DNA of 64,000 bases from the NCBI GenBank assembly GCA_028023455.1, contig JAQFVV010000007.1, forward strand, positions 14,942,001-15,006,000, in the 5' to 3' direction. The notes under the pieces were generated by a model that saw only the letters and a program-made list of their open reading frames with translations, was not told where the DNA came from and did not search any database. A program made the position numbers and the translations under genes. The DNA comes from Epiperipatus broadwayi (Eukaryota > Animalia > Onychophora). Shown piece by piece: positions 63,720 through 64,000 of the stretch. Each line of letters starts with the position of its first letter. The stretch's first letter is position 1.

Positions 63720-64000
63720 AAATTTGAGACCTCTCAATGAAATATGGAGAAGTGTATGTATCTTAGGAGTAATTAGAAGAGATCAAAAATGAAATATGTG
63801 GATCAGAGAACAAACAAATATCATTTACATTATTGAAGGAATTAAAAGATTAAACTGAAAACTGGGATGGACATATTGCTTGAAGATATGATAGTAGATA
63901 GTTTAGTTAAAATCTTAAACTGAATTCCAAGAAATTGTAAAAGACCTAGAAAGAGACTGCATGTAAGATGGGTGTATGAAATGAGAACATTTGCTGTGGT
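63720..64000 (+). mobile_element. Decayed RTE LINE 3' fragment, running off the window end
   Basis: ILGVIRRDQK..WIREQTNIIYIIEGIKRL.KWDGHIA...KRPRKRLHVRWVYEMRTFA. Confidence 0.75.

Overview
Very AT-rich, CpG-depleted eukaryotic (probably invertebrate animal) genomic DNA. I could not confidently identify a host protein-coding gene; there are only a few weak exon candidates and four CpG-retaining, promoter-like patches. The window is mostly transposon debris. It holds a 5'-truncated, frameshifted L1/Tx1-type LINE (~32.6-36.5 kb), several RTE and other LINE fragments, a Gypsy gag fragment and several Penelope-like (PLE) remnants with RT and GIY-YIG motifs. It also holds three hAT MITEs with 8-bp TSDs, one of which resembles the horizontally transferred SPIN/URR1 family as I recall its consensus. 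Other repeats are two copies of a TA-flanked MITE, three tRNA-Gly-derived repeats, a telomere-like 12-bp array inside a TIR element and a ~147-bp tandem array. Two patterns recur. (1) About 16 decayed minimal type I hammerhead ribozyme motifs fall into at least four families. (2) There is a high density of foldbacks, including two interlocked direct-plus-inverted repeats (10985-11513 and 41501-42069) that read as one turn of a ~320-360 nt circular or tandem template followed by an inverted read-through of its junction. All alignments and folds were done by eye, so coordinates of degenerate features are approximate.
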